Below, one piece after another: positions 1-8,576 of a stretch of DNA of 64,000 nucleotides. The stretch's first letter is position 1, and each line of letters starts with the position of its first letter. The notes below the pieces were generated by a model, which made no database searches, was not told the origin of the DNA, and was given only the letters and a program-made list of their open reading frames with translations. The DNA is taken from the NCBI GenBank assembly GCA_031459625.1, contig JAVKIH010000002.1, forward strand, positions 272,528 to 336,527. The letters are read 5' to 3'. The position numbers were made by a program, and so were the translations under genes. Source of the DNA: Candidatus Geohabitans tengchongensis (GTDB lineage: Bacteria; Sysuimicrobiota; Sysuimicrobiia; Sysuimicrobiales; Humicultoraceae).

Positions 1-857
1 CGGGCGCGCTCCAGGAGGTGGGCGCGCAGGATGCGCAGCGCCTTCTCCCGATTCTGGAACTGGGAGCGCTCGTCCTGGCAGGCCACGACGATGCCGGTGG
101 GGCGGTGGCGGACGCGCACGGCGGTCTCCACCTTGTTCACGTTCTGCCCGCCGGCCCCCCCGGCGCGGAAGGTCTCGACCTCTAGGTCCTCGGGTCGGAG
201 CCGGACGTCCACCTCCTCGGCCTCCGGCAGCACCGCCACCGTGGCGGTGGAGGTGTGGATGCGCCCCGCCGCCTCGGTCACCGGCACCCGCTGGACCCGG
301 TGAACGCCGCTCTCGAAGCGCAGTCGGCTGTAGGCCCCGCGCCCCTTCACCGCGAAGACGACCTCCTTGAAGCCGCCGAGTCCCGTGGGGCTGGCCTCCA
401 GGACCTCCACCTGCCAGCCGCGCCGCTCGGCGTAGCGGCTGTACATGCGGAAGAGGTCGCCGGCGAAGAGGGCCGCCTCCTCTCCGCCGGCCCCGGCGCG
501 GATCTCCACGATGATGTCCCGGTGCGCGTGCGGGTCGGGGGGCAGGAGGGCCTGGCGCAGGGCGTCTTCCAGCCCGCGGGCCTCGGCCTCGAGCCGCTCC
601 GCCTCGCCGATCGCCAGGGCCCGCAGCTCCGGGTCGGCCTCCTCGCGGGCCAGGCTCCGCGCCTCGCGGGCCTCCTCCTGGAGGCGGCGCCACCGCCGGT
701 AGAGGGCCACGGTGGCCTCGAGGGACGCATGCTCCCGGGCCACCTGCTGGTACCGCTCCGGTGCCGCCAGGATCGCCGGGTCGGCCAGCAGCGCGGTGAG
801 CTCCTCGTAGCGCGCCTGCAGCGCCTCCAGCCTGTTGATGACGGTCTGGTCGAGCAT
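1..857 (-). CDS. prfA: Peptide chain release factor 1 (3' end outside window)
   Basis: Manual minus-strand translation from ATG 857: [20 protein letters not shown]..., with [20 protein letters not shown] (PxT motif of RF1) and [13 protein letters not shown] (GGQ). Absent from the ORF track because no stop lies in the window. Confidence 0.96.
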   Translation of the reverse strand, partial: MLDQTVINRLEALQARYEELTALLADPAILAAPERYQQVAREHASLEATVALYRRWRRLQEEAREARSLAREEADPELRALAIGEAERLEAEARGLEDALRQALLPPDPHAHRDIIVEIRAGAGGEEAALFAGDLFRMYSRYAERRGWQVEVLEASPTGLGGFKEVVFAVKGRGAYSRLRFESGVHRVQRVPVTEAAGRIHTSTATVAVLPEAEEVDVRLRPEDLEVETFRAGGAGGQNVNKVETAVRVRHRPTGIVVACQDERSQFQNREKALRILRAHLLERA

Positions 858-864
858 CTTTTCG

Positions 865-870
865 ATTATA
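865..870 (-). promoter_or_regulatory. -10 box TATAAT of a probably leaderless prfA transcript
   Basis: Minus strand reads TATAAT-cgaaaag-ATG (7 nt spacer) with no Shine-Dalgarno. Confidence 0.65.
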
Positions 871-1447
871 CGCCGCGACCCGCCCTCCGCGTGCGCAGCC
901 GCACCAGCCGGGTTCCCTCGACGCGCAGGCGGCCGGGAGCGCACCAGCCGGCGAGGGGGTCATGGGGGTCCCAGTCGAGCAGGAGGGCCACGGGGCCCCG
1001 GGCCTGCCCTCGCCAGTCGAGGCGCATGAGGCGCGCGGCAGCCACCCAGCCGTCCGCGGGCACCCACACCTCCACGGGCACACCGGTCGAGCCGCTTGTG
1101 CGACGGCGGCGGGTGCCGCCATCCGGCCCCCGGGGGCTGAGGGTATCCGGTCGCTCCCGCAGGACCGCTTTCTCCAACAGGGGGAGCGCCGCCAGGTCCT
1201 CCACCTGCCTGAGGTCCTCCGGTCGCACGCTGGCCTGGCGCAGGCGGTCCCGGTAGTACGGGGCCTCCGCTGCCCGCGCCACGAGCGCCCGCAGGCGGAG
1301 CAGCTGCGCGTCCCTGATGCGTTCCGGCGGCCACCACTGGGAGGCCAGCAGGGAGCAAAGGCGGTGGAAGGTGGAATTTCCCCGGTGCCGTTCCCGCAGT
1401 GGCAGCAGAGCCCGGCGGACGAGGGCGGTGTGCAGGCCCGTGAGCAC
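866..1447 (-). pseudogene. Truncated phenylacetate-CoA ligase (PaaK/CapK)-family adenylate-forming enzyme, N-terminal part only
   Basis: SQWWPPERIRDAQLLRLRALVARA..PYYR..L..LPLLEK..LR and the TSGSTG P-loop are present. The ORF ends after about 190 aa, versus >400 aa expected. Confidence 0.65.
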
Positions 1448-1656
1448 CGAGGAGATCCTACACGCCCGCGCTTGCTGGCGCGACCGGCCGGTGGGGGGAA
1501 ATCGCCTCCCGCCCCGGACCTGCCTGCACCGATGCCCAACCGGCTCTCCTGGGCGGCAGGGCGGAGACGAACCCGTCGTGGCGGAGGCACGCCAGTACAC
1601 CCGGTGAGGCGGCCAGGACGCCGCCCCACTCCCGAGGCCCGGGCCCGCGGAGCCCC

Positions 1657-1863
1657 TTACGAGACCTTCAACCCGTACTTCCTGGCGAACTTCTGCACGC
1701 GGCCTTCCGCGTCCACCAGCTTGCGCTGTCCGGTGTAGAGGGGGTGGCAGCGCGAGCAGACGTCGACCCGGATCACCGCCTTCGTCGACCCTGTGACGAA
1801 CGTCTCACCGCAGGCGCAGGTCACCGTGGCCTGATAGTACTGGGGATGGATGCCCTTCTTCAT
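1657..1863 (-). CDS. rpmE: 50S ribosomal protein L31, zinc-binding type
   Basis: MKKGIHPQY..CACG..CSRCHPLYTG..GRVQKF; start placed at ATG 1863. Confidence 0.97.
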   Translation of the reverse strand: MKKGIHPQYYQATVTCACGETFVTGSTKAVIRVDVCSRCHPLYTGQRKLVDAEGRVQKFARKYGLKVS

Positions 1864-1975
1864 GGTCCGACCCTCGCGTGTCCGGAATGCCTCAACCCTG
1901 AGGGGCGTCGCCGCGGACGACCCGTGCAGTATAGCACAGCTCGAGGCGCACCGGCCCGAGGCGCCCACGGGCGCC

Positions 1976-3010
1976 TCAGCGCAGGTAGCCCAGCGGGTTC
2001 ACCGCCCGCCCGCGCAGCCTGACCTCGAAGTGGAGGTGGCTGCCGGTGCAGGAGCCCGTGCAGCCCACGCGCGCGATCAGCTGGCCGCGCTCAACCTGCT
2101 GTCCCTCGCGCACGAGCAGCGACGAGGCGTGCCCGTACAGTGTCTGCAGCCCGTTGCCGTGGTCGAGGATCACGGCGCGGCCGTACCCGTAGTACCATCC
2201 CGCGAAGACCACACGGCCGGCGCGGGCGGCGTAGATCGGCGTGCCGTGGGGGGCCGCCAGGTCGATGCCGTCGTGGTGACGGCGGTAGCGCCAGCCGAAC
2301 CGGGAGGTGAGCACACCGCGCGTGGGCCAGGCCATCACCAGGCGCGCCCGCACGAACCGCGGGGCGGCGGCTGCGGCCGCGGCAGTGCGGCCGGGGATGG
2401 CCAGCACCTGCCCGGGCCGGAGGCGGTGCGCCGAGGCCAGCCGGTTGGCTGCGACGAGGGCCTGGACGGTCGTGCCGTGACGTCGGGCGATGGCGAAGAG
2501 CGTGTCCCCGCGGCGCACCCGGTAGGTGACGGCGTCGCCCGCCGGACGCGCTGCAGTTGCTGAACCCGGAGGAAGCACGGTGCCCTGCCCCGCGGCATTG
2601 GCAGCCGTGCGGTTCGGCGCGCGCGGGGGCCGGGCGGCCGCGCGGCGCCCCGACGTCGGCCCGGGCGAGGCGACGGAGGAGCGGGTCGACCGGCGCCGGG
2701 TCGACGGCCCGGAGGAGGCGGAGGGAGCGGCGGGGACCAGCCCCCAGAGGACCCCTGCCGGGATGGGCACGGTGACGAGCGTGGCGATGTCCCCCTCCTG
2801 TCTGACGATCACCACGCTCCGCGATCCCTGTGCCGCGGCGGTGCCTGAGGAGACCGGGAGGGATGGCCCCGCCGACGACGGAGGTGTCCGGGCGGTGCGC
2901 TGGACGCCATCGGTGTCCGGGTCGACGAACGGAGCGGAGGAGGCCCGCGGCACGGGCGGTGCAGCCGCCAGCAGTGCGCCAAGGGCGATCCAGAGGACGC
3001 GGTGCCGCAT
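1976..3010 (-). CDS. Secreted LysM + M23 family metallopeptidase
   Basis: Signal peptide, low-complexity linker, LysM (YRVRRGDTLFAIARRHG), M23 motifs HDGID and HLHFE. Confidence 0.9.
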   Translation of the reverse strand: MRHRVLWIALGALLAAAPPVPRASSAPFVDPDTDGVQRTARTPPSSAGPSLPVSSGTAAAQGSRSVVIVRQEGDIATLVTVPIPAGVLWGLVPAAPSASSGPSTRRRSTRSSVASPGPTSGRRAAARPPRAPNRTAANAAGQGTVLPPGSATAARPAGDAVTYRVRRGDTLFAIARRHGTTVQALVAANRLASAHRLRPGQVLAIPGRTAAAAAAAPRFVRARLVMAWPTRGVLTSRFGWRYRRHHDGIDLAAPHGTPIYAARAGRVVFAGWYYGYGRAVILDHGNGLQTLYGHASSLLVREGQQVERGQLIARVGCTGSCTGSHLHFEVRLRGRAVNPLGYLR

Positions 3011-3196
3011 CGACGGTGGACGGCGGTAAACGAACGATCAACGTGCCTGAAACAGGCAAAGCCCGGCCGCGGAAGGTCGTGCGCACGTGGAAACCCCCGA
3101 TGTGGGCAGTGCGGGCCGGACTGACCTGCGCCTCTGGGATGGCGTCATTCGACGCTCCCGAATGGATTCCTCCTCCATTGAGGGATTTTTAGACGT

Positions 3197-3230
3197 GCGC
3201 GGCCGACGAACCTCTGTTCGCCGGCCGCGC
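3197..3230. terminator. 15-bp GC-rich hairpin downstream of rho (possible terminator; also contains an SOS-box-like motif)
   Basis: gcgcggccgacgaac-ctct-gttcgccggccgcgc inverted repeat, without a clear U-tract. Confidence 0.45.
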
Positions 3231-3292
3231 TGCCTCGCGCTCGCCCGCGCTCGTCCGCGCGGGCGCTCAGCAGGTCAGGCAGGGCGTGTGGA

Positions 3293-4570
3293 TCAGCTCG
3301 CGGAGCCCACCGCGTCCTCCTCCGCGCTCTTGATGATGGAGCGCAGGAAGGCCGCGTTGTTGGGCGTGCGGCGCAGGCGGTCGAGGATGAGCTCAGTCAT
3401 GGCCACCGTGTCGAGCTGCTCCAGGCTCTTGCGCAGGACCCAGACCTTGCGCAGCTCCTCGTCGGTGAGCAGCAGCTCCTCCCGCCGCGTGCCGGAGGCC
3501 TTGATGTCGATGGCCGGGAAGGTGCGCCGCTCCTGGAGCTTCCGGTTGAGGTGCAGCTCCATGTTGCCGGTGCCCTTGAACTCCTCGTAGATGACGTCGT
3601 CCATGCGGCTGCCGGTGTCGATGAGCGCGGTGGCCACGATGGTCAGGCTCCCGCCCTCCTCGATCTTCCGAGCGGCCCCGAAGAAGCGCTTCGGACGGTG
3701 CAGCGCCGCGGGGTCGAGGCCGCCGGAGAGGGTGCGGCCCGACGGGGGGATGACCAGGTTGTTGGCCCGGCTGAAGCGGGTCAGGCTGTCCAGCAGGATG
3801 ACGACGTCGCGCCGCCCCTCCACCAGCCGCTTGGCCCGCTCCAGCACCAGGTCGGCCACCTGGATGTGCTCCTCGGGCGGGCGGTCGAAGGTGGAGGCGA
3901 TCACCTCCGCCTCCACGGAGCGGCGCATGTCGGTGACCTCCTCCGGGCGCTCGTCCAGGAGCAGCACCATCAGGTAGATCTCCGGGTGGTTGGTGACGGT
4001 GGCCTGCCCGATCTTCTTCAGCAGCGTGGTCTTCCCGGCCTTGGGCGGGGAGACGATCATGGCGCGCTGCCCCTTGCCGATGGGGGCGAAGAGGTCCACC
4101 ACCCGCGTGGTCAGGTCGCCGTCCGGCGTCTCCAGCTTGATGCGCTCGTGGGGGAAGACCGGCGTCAGGCTCTCGAAGGACGGGCGGGTGCGCGCCTGCT
4201 CGGGGTCGAGGCCGTTCACCGCCTCCACCCGCAGCAGGGCGAAGTACTTCTCGTTGTCCTTGGGCGGGCGCACCTGGCCCAGGACCTCGTCCCCCACCCG
4301 CAGGCCGAAGCGCTTGATCTGGGAGGGGGAGACGTAGATGTCCTCGGGCCCGGGCAGGTACCCGCTGGTGCGCAGGAAGCCGTAGCCCTCGGTCATGATC
4401 TCCAGGATCCCCGAGCGGAACATCAGCCCTTCCCGCTCGGTCTGGGCCTGCAGGATGCGCATGATCAGCTCCTGCTTCCGGTAGCGGCGGAGGTTGGGGA
4501 TGTTCAGTTCCTTGGCGAGCTCCTGGAGCTCGGGGAGGGTCTTGCTCTCGAGGTCAGCGATCGCGAGCAT
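3293..4570 (-). CDS. rho: Transcription termination factor Rho
   Basis: [47 protein letters not shown]. Confidence 0.98.
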   Translation of the reverse strand: MLAIADLESKTLPELQELAKELNIPNLRRYRKQELIMRILQAQTEREGLMFRSGILEIMTEGYGFLRTSGYLPGPEDIYVSPSQIKRFGLRVGDEVLGQVRPPKDNEKYFALLRVEAVNGLDPEQARTRPSFESLTPVFPHERIKLETPDGDLTTRVVDLFAPIGKGQRAMIVSPPKAGKTTLLKKIGQATVTNHPEIYLMVLLLDERPEEVTDMRRSVEAEVIASTFDRPPEEHIQVADLVLERAKRLVEGRRDVVILLDSLTRFSRANNLVIPPSGRTLSGGLDPAALHRPKRFFGAARKIEEGGSLTIVATALIDTGSRMDDVIYEEFKGTGNMELHLNRKLQERRTFPAIDIKASGTRREELLLTDEELRKVWVLRKSLEQLDTVAMTELILDRLRRTPNNAAFLRSIIKSAEEDAVGSAS

Positions 4571-4576
4571 GCATCA

Positions 4577-5248
4577 TCACACCTTGGCCTGTCGTGGTTC
4601 GACGGCGGCACGGAGCCGGGCGGCGTCCGCCAGGAAGCGCTCCTGCCCCACGTCGGTGAGGACGTGCTTGAAGAGCTGTTCCAGCACCTTGAACGGCATC
4701 GTGGCGATGGGCGCCCCCGCCAGCGCCGCCTCGGTGACGTGCAGGGGGTGGCGCAGGCTGCTGGCCAGGACCTCGGTCTCGAAGCCGTAGTGGTCCACGA
4801 TGGCCACGGCCTGGCGCACCACCTCCATCCCGTCGTGCCCGATGTCGTCCAGGCGGCCGACGAAGGGGCTGACGTAGGTGGCGCCGGCCTTGCAGGCCAG
4901 CAGCGCCTGGTTGGCGGAGAAGACCAGGGTGACGTTCACTGGGATGCCCTCGCTGCGCAGCCGCCGGCAGGCCACCAGCCCGTTGGGCGTCATCGGCACC
5001 TTGACGACGACGTTGGGCGCCCAGGTGGCGAACTCCCGTCCCTGGCGCACCATCTCCTCCACGTCGTTGCTGCTGGTCTCCACGCTGATGGGCCCGCTGA
5101 CCACCCTGGCGATCTCCTGGATTTGCGTGCGGTGGTCGCGCCCCTCCTTGGCCACCAGGGTGGGGTTGGTGGTCACCCCGTCGCACAGGCCCCAGGCGGT
5201 GGCCTGGCGGATCTCGTCCAGGTTCGCGGTGTCGAGGAAGAACCGCAT
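4577..5248 (-). CDS. tal: Transaldolase / fructose-6-phosphate aldolase family
   Basis: FFLDTAN, GVTTNP, VVVKVP, VSPFVGRLDD. Confidence 0.93.
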   Translation of the reverse strand: MRFFLDTANLDEIRQATAWGLCDGVTTNPTLVAKEGRDHRTQIQEIARVVSGPISVETSSNDVEEMVRQGREFATWAPNVVVKVPMTPNGLVACRRLRSEGIPVNVTLVFSANQALLACKAGATYVSPFVGRLDDIGHDGMEVVRQAVAIVDHYGFETEVLASSLRHPLHVTEAALAGAPIATMPFKVLEQLFKHVLTDVGQERFLADAARLRAAVEPRQAKV

Positions 5249-5259
5249 CGGCTCCGTCC

Positions 5260-6495
5260 CTACCTCCCTGTCGCCTCGATGTAGACGACGTCGCCCACCT
5301 CCGCCGGCTTGAGGAACTGGACCGCATCACCGGGGCGCAGCTCCGCCAGTGTGGCCGGGCGGTCGTTCCGGTAGACGGCATGGGCCGGGGCCACGCGGAA
5401 GGTGCGCACAGCCTTCTTGTCGTCCTCCACGGCCAGCGTGGCCGGCCGGCCGGGCTGCACCGCCCGCAGGGTGCCCTTGGTCCAGTCGTACTTGTTGAGT
5501 AGCACCATCAGGGCGTCCAGGGCCACGGCCGCGTCGGCGCGGGTGGCCGGCTGGCCCGGGCGGAAGGCCCCGTCCAGGAGCGGCAGCATCTTCCGCTCCA
5601 GGACCACGGCCACGCTGCCCCGGGCCCAGTCGGGCACCGCAGCGCCGTCCGCCGCCGCCACCTGGGCGCGCGCCCGGGCGAAGGCCTCGGCATCCAGGCC
5701 GCCCGCCCGCACGGCGAGGGCCGCCAGCTCGGCCCGGGTGACGGGCTGGCGCGGGCGGAAGGTGTTGTCCGGGTAGCCCACCACCAGGCCCTTCTGGAAG
5801 GAGAGCGCCAGCTGGGTGGGCTCCTGCTTCGTCGTGTGCACGGCCACGATCTCGTACCGCCCCACCGGGACCGGCCGGTCGTTCTGGTCGAGCTGCCGCC
5901 AGCGGGTCTGGAAGGTCAGCGACTTGCCCGCCGCGAGCGGCACCGGCTTGTCCACCGGGAGGAAGGCCCGCCCCAGCGACCAGCGCGCCACCTCGCTGCC
6001 GTCCGCCGCCTTCACGATGAAGTCGTGGAACTGCGAGTTGGCGTACTCGAAGGTGACGTCCGTCTTCCCGGTGTTGTGCACGATGAAGGTCAGCAGCACC
6101 GGCTCCTCGGGGCCGTACGCCGCCTTGTCCGTGGTCAGCGTGTAGACGATCGCCCCCTTCTTCACCTCGACCTTCGTCGCCGAGACCGTCCCCACGCCCA
6201 CGGAGGCGGCCACGGCCGGCCGGGCGTCCGGGGGGATCTGGTCGAGGTCCTTGAAGGCGGGGAGCCGGGCGCTCTCCCCCGGGATCCCCAGCAGGCGCAC
6301 CAGGAAGCGCACCACGTCCAGTCGGGTCAGCGGCTCCCCGGGGAGGAAGCGGTCGCCCACGCCCGCCACCACCCCCTTGGCGGCCAGGCGCTCGATGGCC
6401 CGCTGGGCCGGGTGGCCGGCCAGGTCGCTGAAGATGGCCGCGGCCGCCTGGCTGGCCAGGCCCAGCACGATCAGGACGACGACCAGGCTTCGCAT
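5260..6495 (-). CDS. Secreted S-layer homology (SLH) protein with inserted BsuPI-like Ig-fold domain
   Basis: Signal peptide; SLH motifs FSDLAGH..TRLD, GYPDNTFRP..TRAE and FRPGQPATRAD. Central TDKAAYGPEEPV..HDFIV..RWS..F.Q..W.Q segment resembles the BsuPI domain. Confidence 0.75.
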   Translation of the reverse strand: MRSLVVVLIVLGLASQAAAAIFSDLAGHPAQRAIERLAAKGVVAGVGDRFLPGEPLTRLDVVRFLVRLLGIPGESARLPAFKDLDQIPPDARPAVAASVGVGTVSATKVEVKKGAIVYTLTTDKAAYGPEEPVLLTFIVHNTGKTDVTFEYANSQFHDFIVKAADGSEVARWSLGRAFLPVDKPVPLAAGKSLTFQTRWRQLDQNDRPVPVGRYEIVAVHTTKQEPTQLALSFQKGLVVGYPDNTFRPRQPVTRAELAALAVRAGGLDAEAFARARAQVAAADGAAVPDWARGSVAVVLERKMLPLLDGAFRPGQPATRADAAVALDALMVLLNKYDWTKGTLRAVQPGRPATLAVEDDKKAVRTFRVAPAHAVYRNDRPATLAELRPGDAVQFLKPAEVGDVVYIEATGR

Positions 6496-6878
6496 GCAGT
6501 CCTCCCTGTCCGGTCCGGCCTGACGCCCGCTGCCCGCTCCGCTCTGCCCGGCCGGCCGGGGCGAGCGCAGTCCACGCTGTGCGGCTCAGGTCACACCGTC
6601 GTTGCGGTCATGGAGAACGGCCGGCGCATCCTCGAGATCGGGCTGTCACGTCGGGGGGAGTCGGGTCGGCCGTCCGTCTGAACGTCCCCGACACCGTCGG
6701 GGCGACGATCGGTGGGACGACCGCATCAGCGGCCTCCCGGCTCTGGCCACCTCGCAAGGCGGCGCATCCTGCGGTTGCCCGGGGCATTCGCCCCGGCATC
6801 GGGTCTTTCCTGCTCAGTATACCCAACCGGCACACAGCCGGCCAAGAGGGTGATGCCCGCGCCGCGACGTCCGCGGCG

Positions 6879-8576
6879 CTACATGCGCTCCGGGGCGGCC
6901 ACCCCGATGAGCGCCAGCGTGCGACGCAGGGCGATGCGCACCGCCTCCACCAGGACCAGCCGCGCCGCCGTCAGCGCGGGGTCGTCGGAGAGGACCCGGC
7001 ACTGGGTGTAGAAGCCGTGGAAGGCGGCGGCCAGGTCCCGGGCGTAGGCCGGCAGGCGCTGCGGCTCCCGGCGCATCCCGGCCTGGTAGACCACCTCCGG
7101 CAGCTCGGCCAGCGCGTGGATGAGCGCCGCCTCGCTGGGGTCGACGAGCTGCCCGAGGTCGGCGTCGTGCACGGCCGCCGCGTCCAGCGTGCCCGCCTGC
7201 ACCCACCGCCGTCCGTGCGGGTGCCCCTCCGCCTCCCGCAGGATGCTGCAGATGCGGGCGTAGGCGTACTGGACGTAGTAGACGGGGTTGTCCTGGCTCT
7301 GCTGGCGGGCCAGCTGCCAGTCGAAGTCCATCGGCACCGAGGGGCTGACCATGCAGAAGAAGTAGCGGGCGGCGTCGCGCCCCACGGCGTCGAGGAGGTC
7401 CTGCAGCGTCACGTACTCGCCCCGCCGCCGGGACATGCGCAGCAGCTCCCCCTCGTTACGCAGCCGGACGTGCTGGTAGAGGAGGAACTCCACCCGCGAG
7501 GGGTCCACGCCCAGGGCCTGCAGGCCGCCGCGCACCCGGGCCACGTCGCCGGCGTGGTCCACCCCCCAGACGTCGATGAGCAGGTCGAAGCCCCGCTCGA
7601 GCTTGTTCAGGTGGTAGGGGATGTCGGCGGCGTAGTACATCGGCCACCCGGTGCTGCGGATGATCACCCGGTCCTTGTCGTCCCCGAACAGCGTCGAGCG
7701 GAACCACACCGCCCCGTCCTGCTCGTAGAGGAAGCCCCGCTCCCGCAGCGCCGCCAGGACGCGGTCCACCGCCCCCTGCTCGTAGAGGGACCGCTCGCTG
7801 AACCAGACGTCGAAGAAGATGCCGAACTGCTCGAGGGTGCGGCGGATGTCGGCCAGGCACCAGGCCACGGCGAAGTCGCGGAGGGCGGCCACGCGGGTCT
7901 CCGGGTCGCGGTGCACCCAGGCCTCTCCGTCGCGCTCGACCAGCGCTCGGGCGATCTCGCGCACGTACTCCCCCCGGTAGCCGTCCTCGGGGAAGGGGGT
8001 GGCGATGCCGAAGTGCGCCAGGTAGTGGTGCTCCACCGACTGCCCCAGCGTGTGGACCAGCAGGCCGGCGTCGTTCACGTAGTACTCGCGGGTCACCGCG
8101 TAGCCCAGCGCCGCCAGGAGGTTGGCCAGCACGTCGCCGATCACCCCGTTGCGCCCGCTGCCGATGTGCAGGGGGCCGGTGGGGTTGGCGCTGACGTACT
8201 CCACGTTCACCCGCCGGCCCGCGCCCACGTCGTGCGACCCGTAGCGGTCCCCCTGGGCGTGGACGTGGCGGACCAGCGCCTGCAGCCAGGCCGAGGCGAT
8301 GAAGAAGTTGATGAAGCCCGGGCCGGCCACTTCGACGCGTTCGACCTGGTCTGGGGAGCAGTCGAGCGCCTCGACGATGGCCCGGGCCACCTCCCGAGGC
8401 GGCCGCCCCACGCGGCGCGCCAGCACGAGCGGCAGGTTGGTGGCGAAGTCGGCGTGGCGCCGTCCCCGCGGCTGCTCCACCTCGACCGGCGGCACCTCGA
8501 CCGGCGGCAGGCGGCCGGCGGCGATCGCCCGCCGGACGGCGGCCTCGAGGTGGCGGCGGAGGGCGTCCTTGAACAC
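6879..8576 (-). CDS. argS: Arginine--tRNA ligase
   Basis: VAGPGFINF, EYVSANPTGPLHIGS, GDDKDRV, MSRRRG, NPVYYVQYA, C-terminal APERM. The GTG start at 8576 overlaps the nagZ stop by 1 nt. Confidence 0.96.
   Translation of the reverse strand: MFKDALRRHLEAAVRRAIAAGRLPPVEVPPVEVEQPRGRRHADFATNLPLVLARRVGRPPREVARAIVEALDCSPDQVERVEVAGPGFINFFIASAWLQALVRHVHAQGDRYGSHDVGAGRRVNVEYVSANPTGPLHIGSGRNGVIGDVLANLLAALGYAVTREYYVNDAGLLVHTLGQSVEHHYLAHFGIATPFPEDGYRGEYVREIARALVERDGEAWVHRDPETRVAALRDFAVAWCLADIRRTLEQFGIFFDVWFSERSLYEQGAVDRVLAALRERGFLYEQDGAVWFRSTLFGDDKDRVIIRSTGWPMYYAADIPYHLNKLERGFDLLIDVWGVDHAGDVARVRGGLQALGVDPSRVEFLLYQHVRLRNEGELLRMSRRRGEYVTLQDLLDAVGRDAARYFFCMVSPSVPMDFDWQLARQQSQDNPVYYVQYAYARICSILREAEGHPHGRRWVQAGTLDAAAVHDADLGQLVDPSEAALIHALAELPEVVYQAGMRREPQRLPAYARDLAAAFHGFYTQCRVLSDDPALTAARLVLVEAVRIALRRTLALIGVAAPERM

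Noticed and set aside
6588..6681. Plus-strand peptide VVAVMENGRRILEIG resembling an ABC ATPase C-terminus
   Set aside because: Too short, with no Walker motifs or start; may be chance.
6700..6820. SAM-I, c-di-AMP or cobalamin riboswitch, suggested by GGCAACC and GGGGCGAAT fragments
   Set aside because: The other required consensus elements are absent; retained only as an unidentified structured region.
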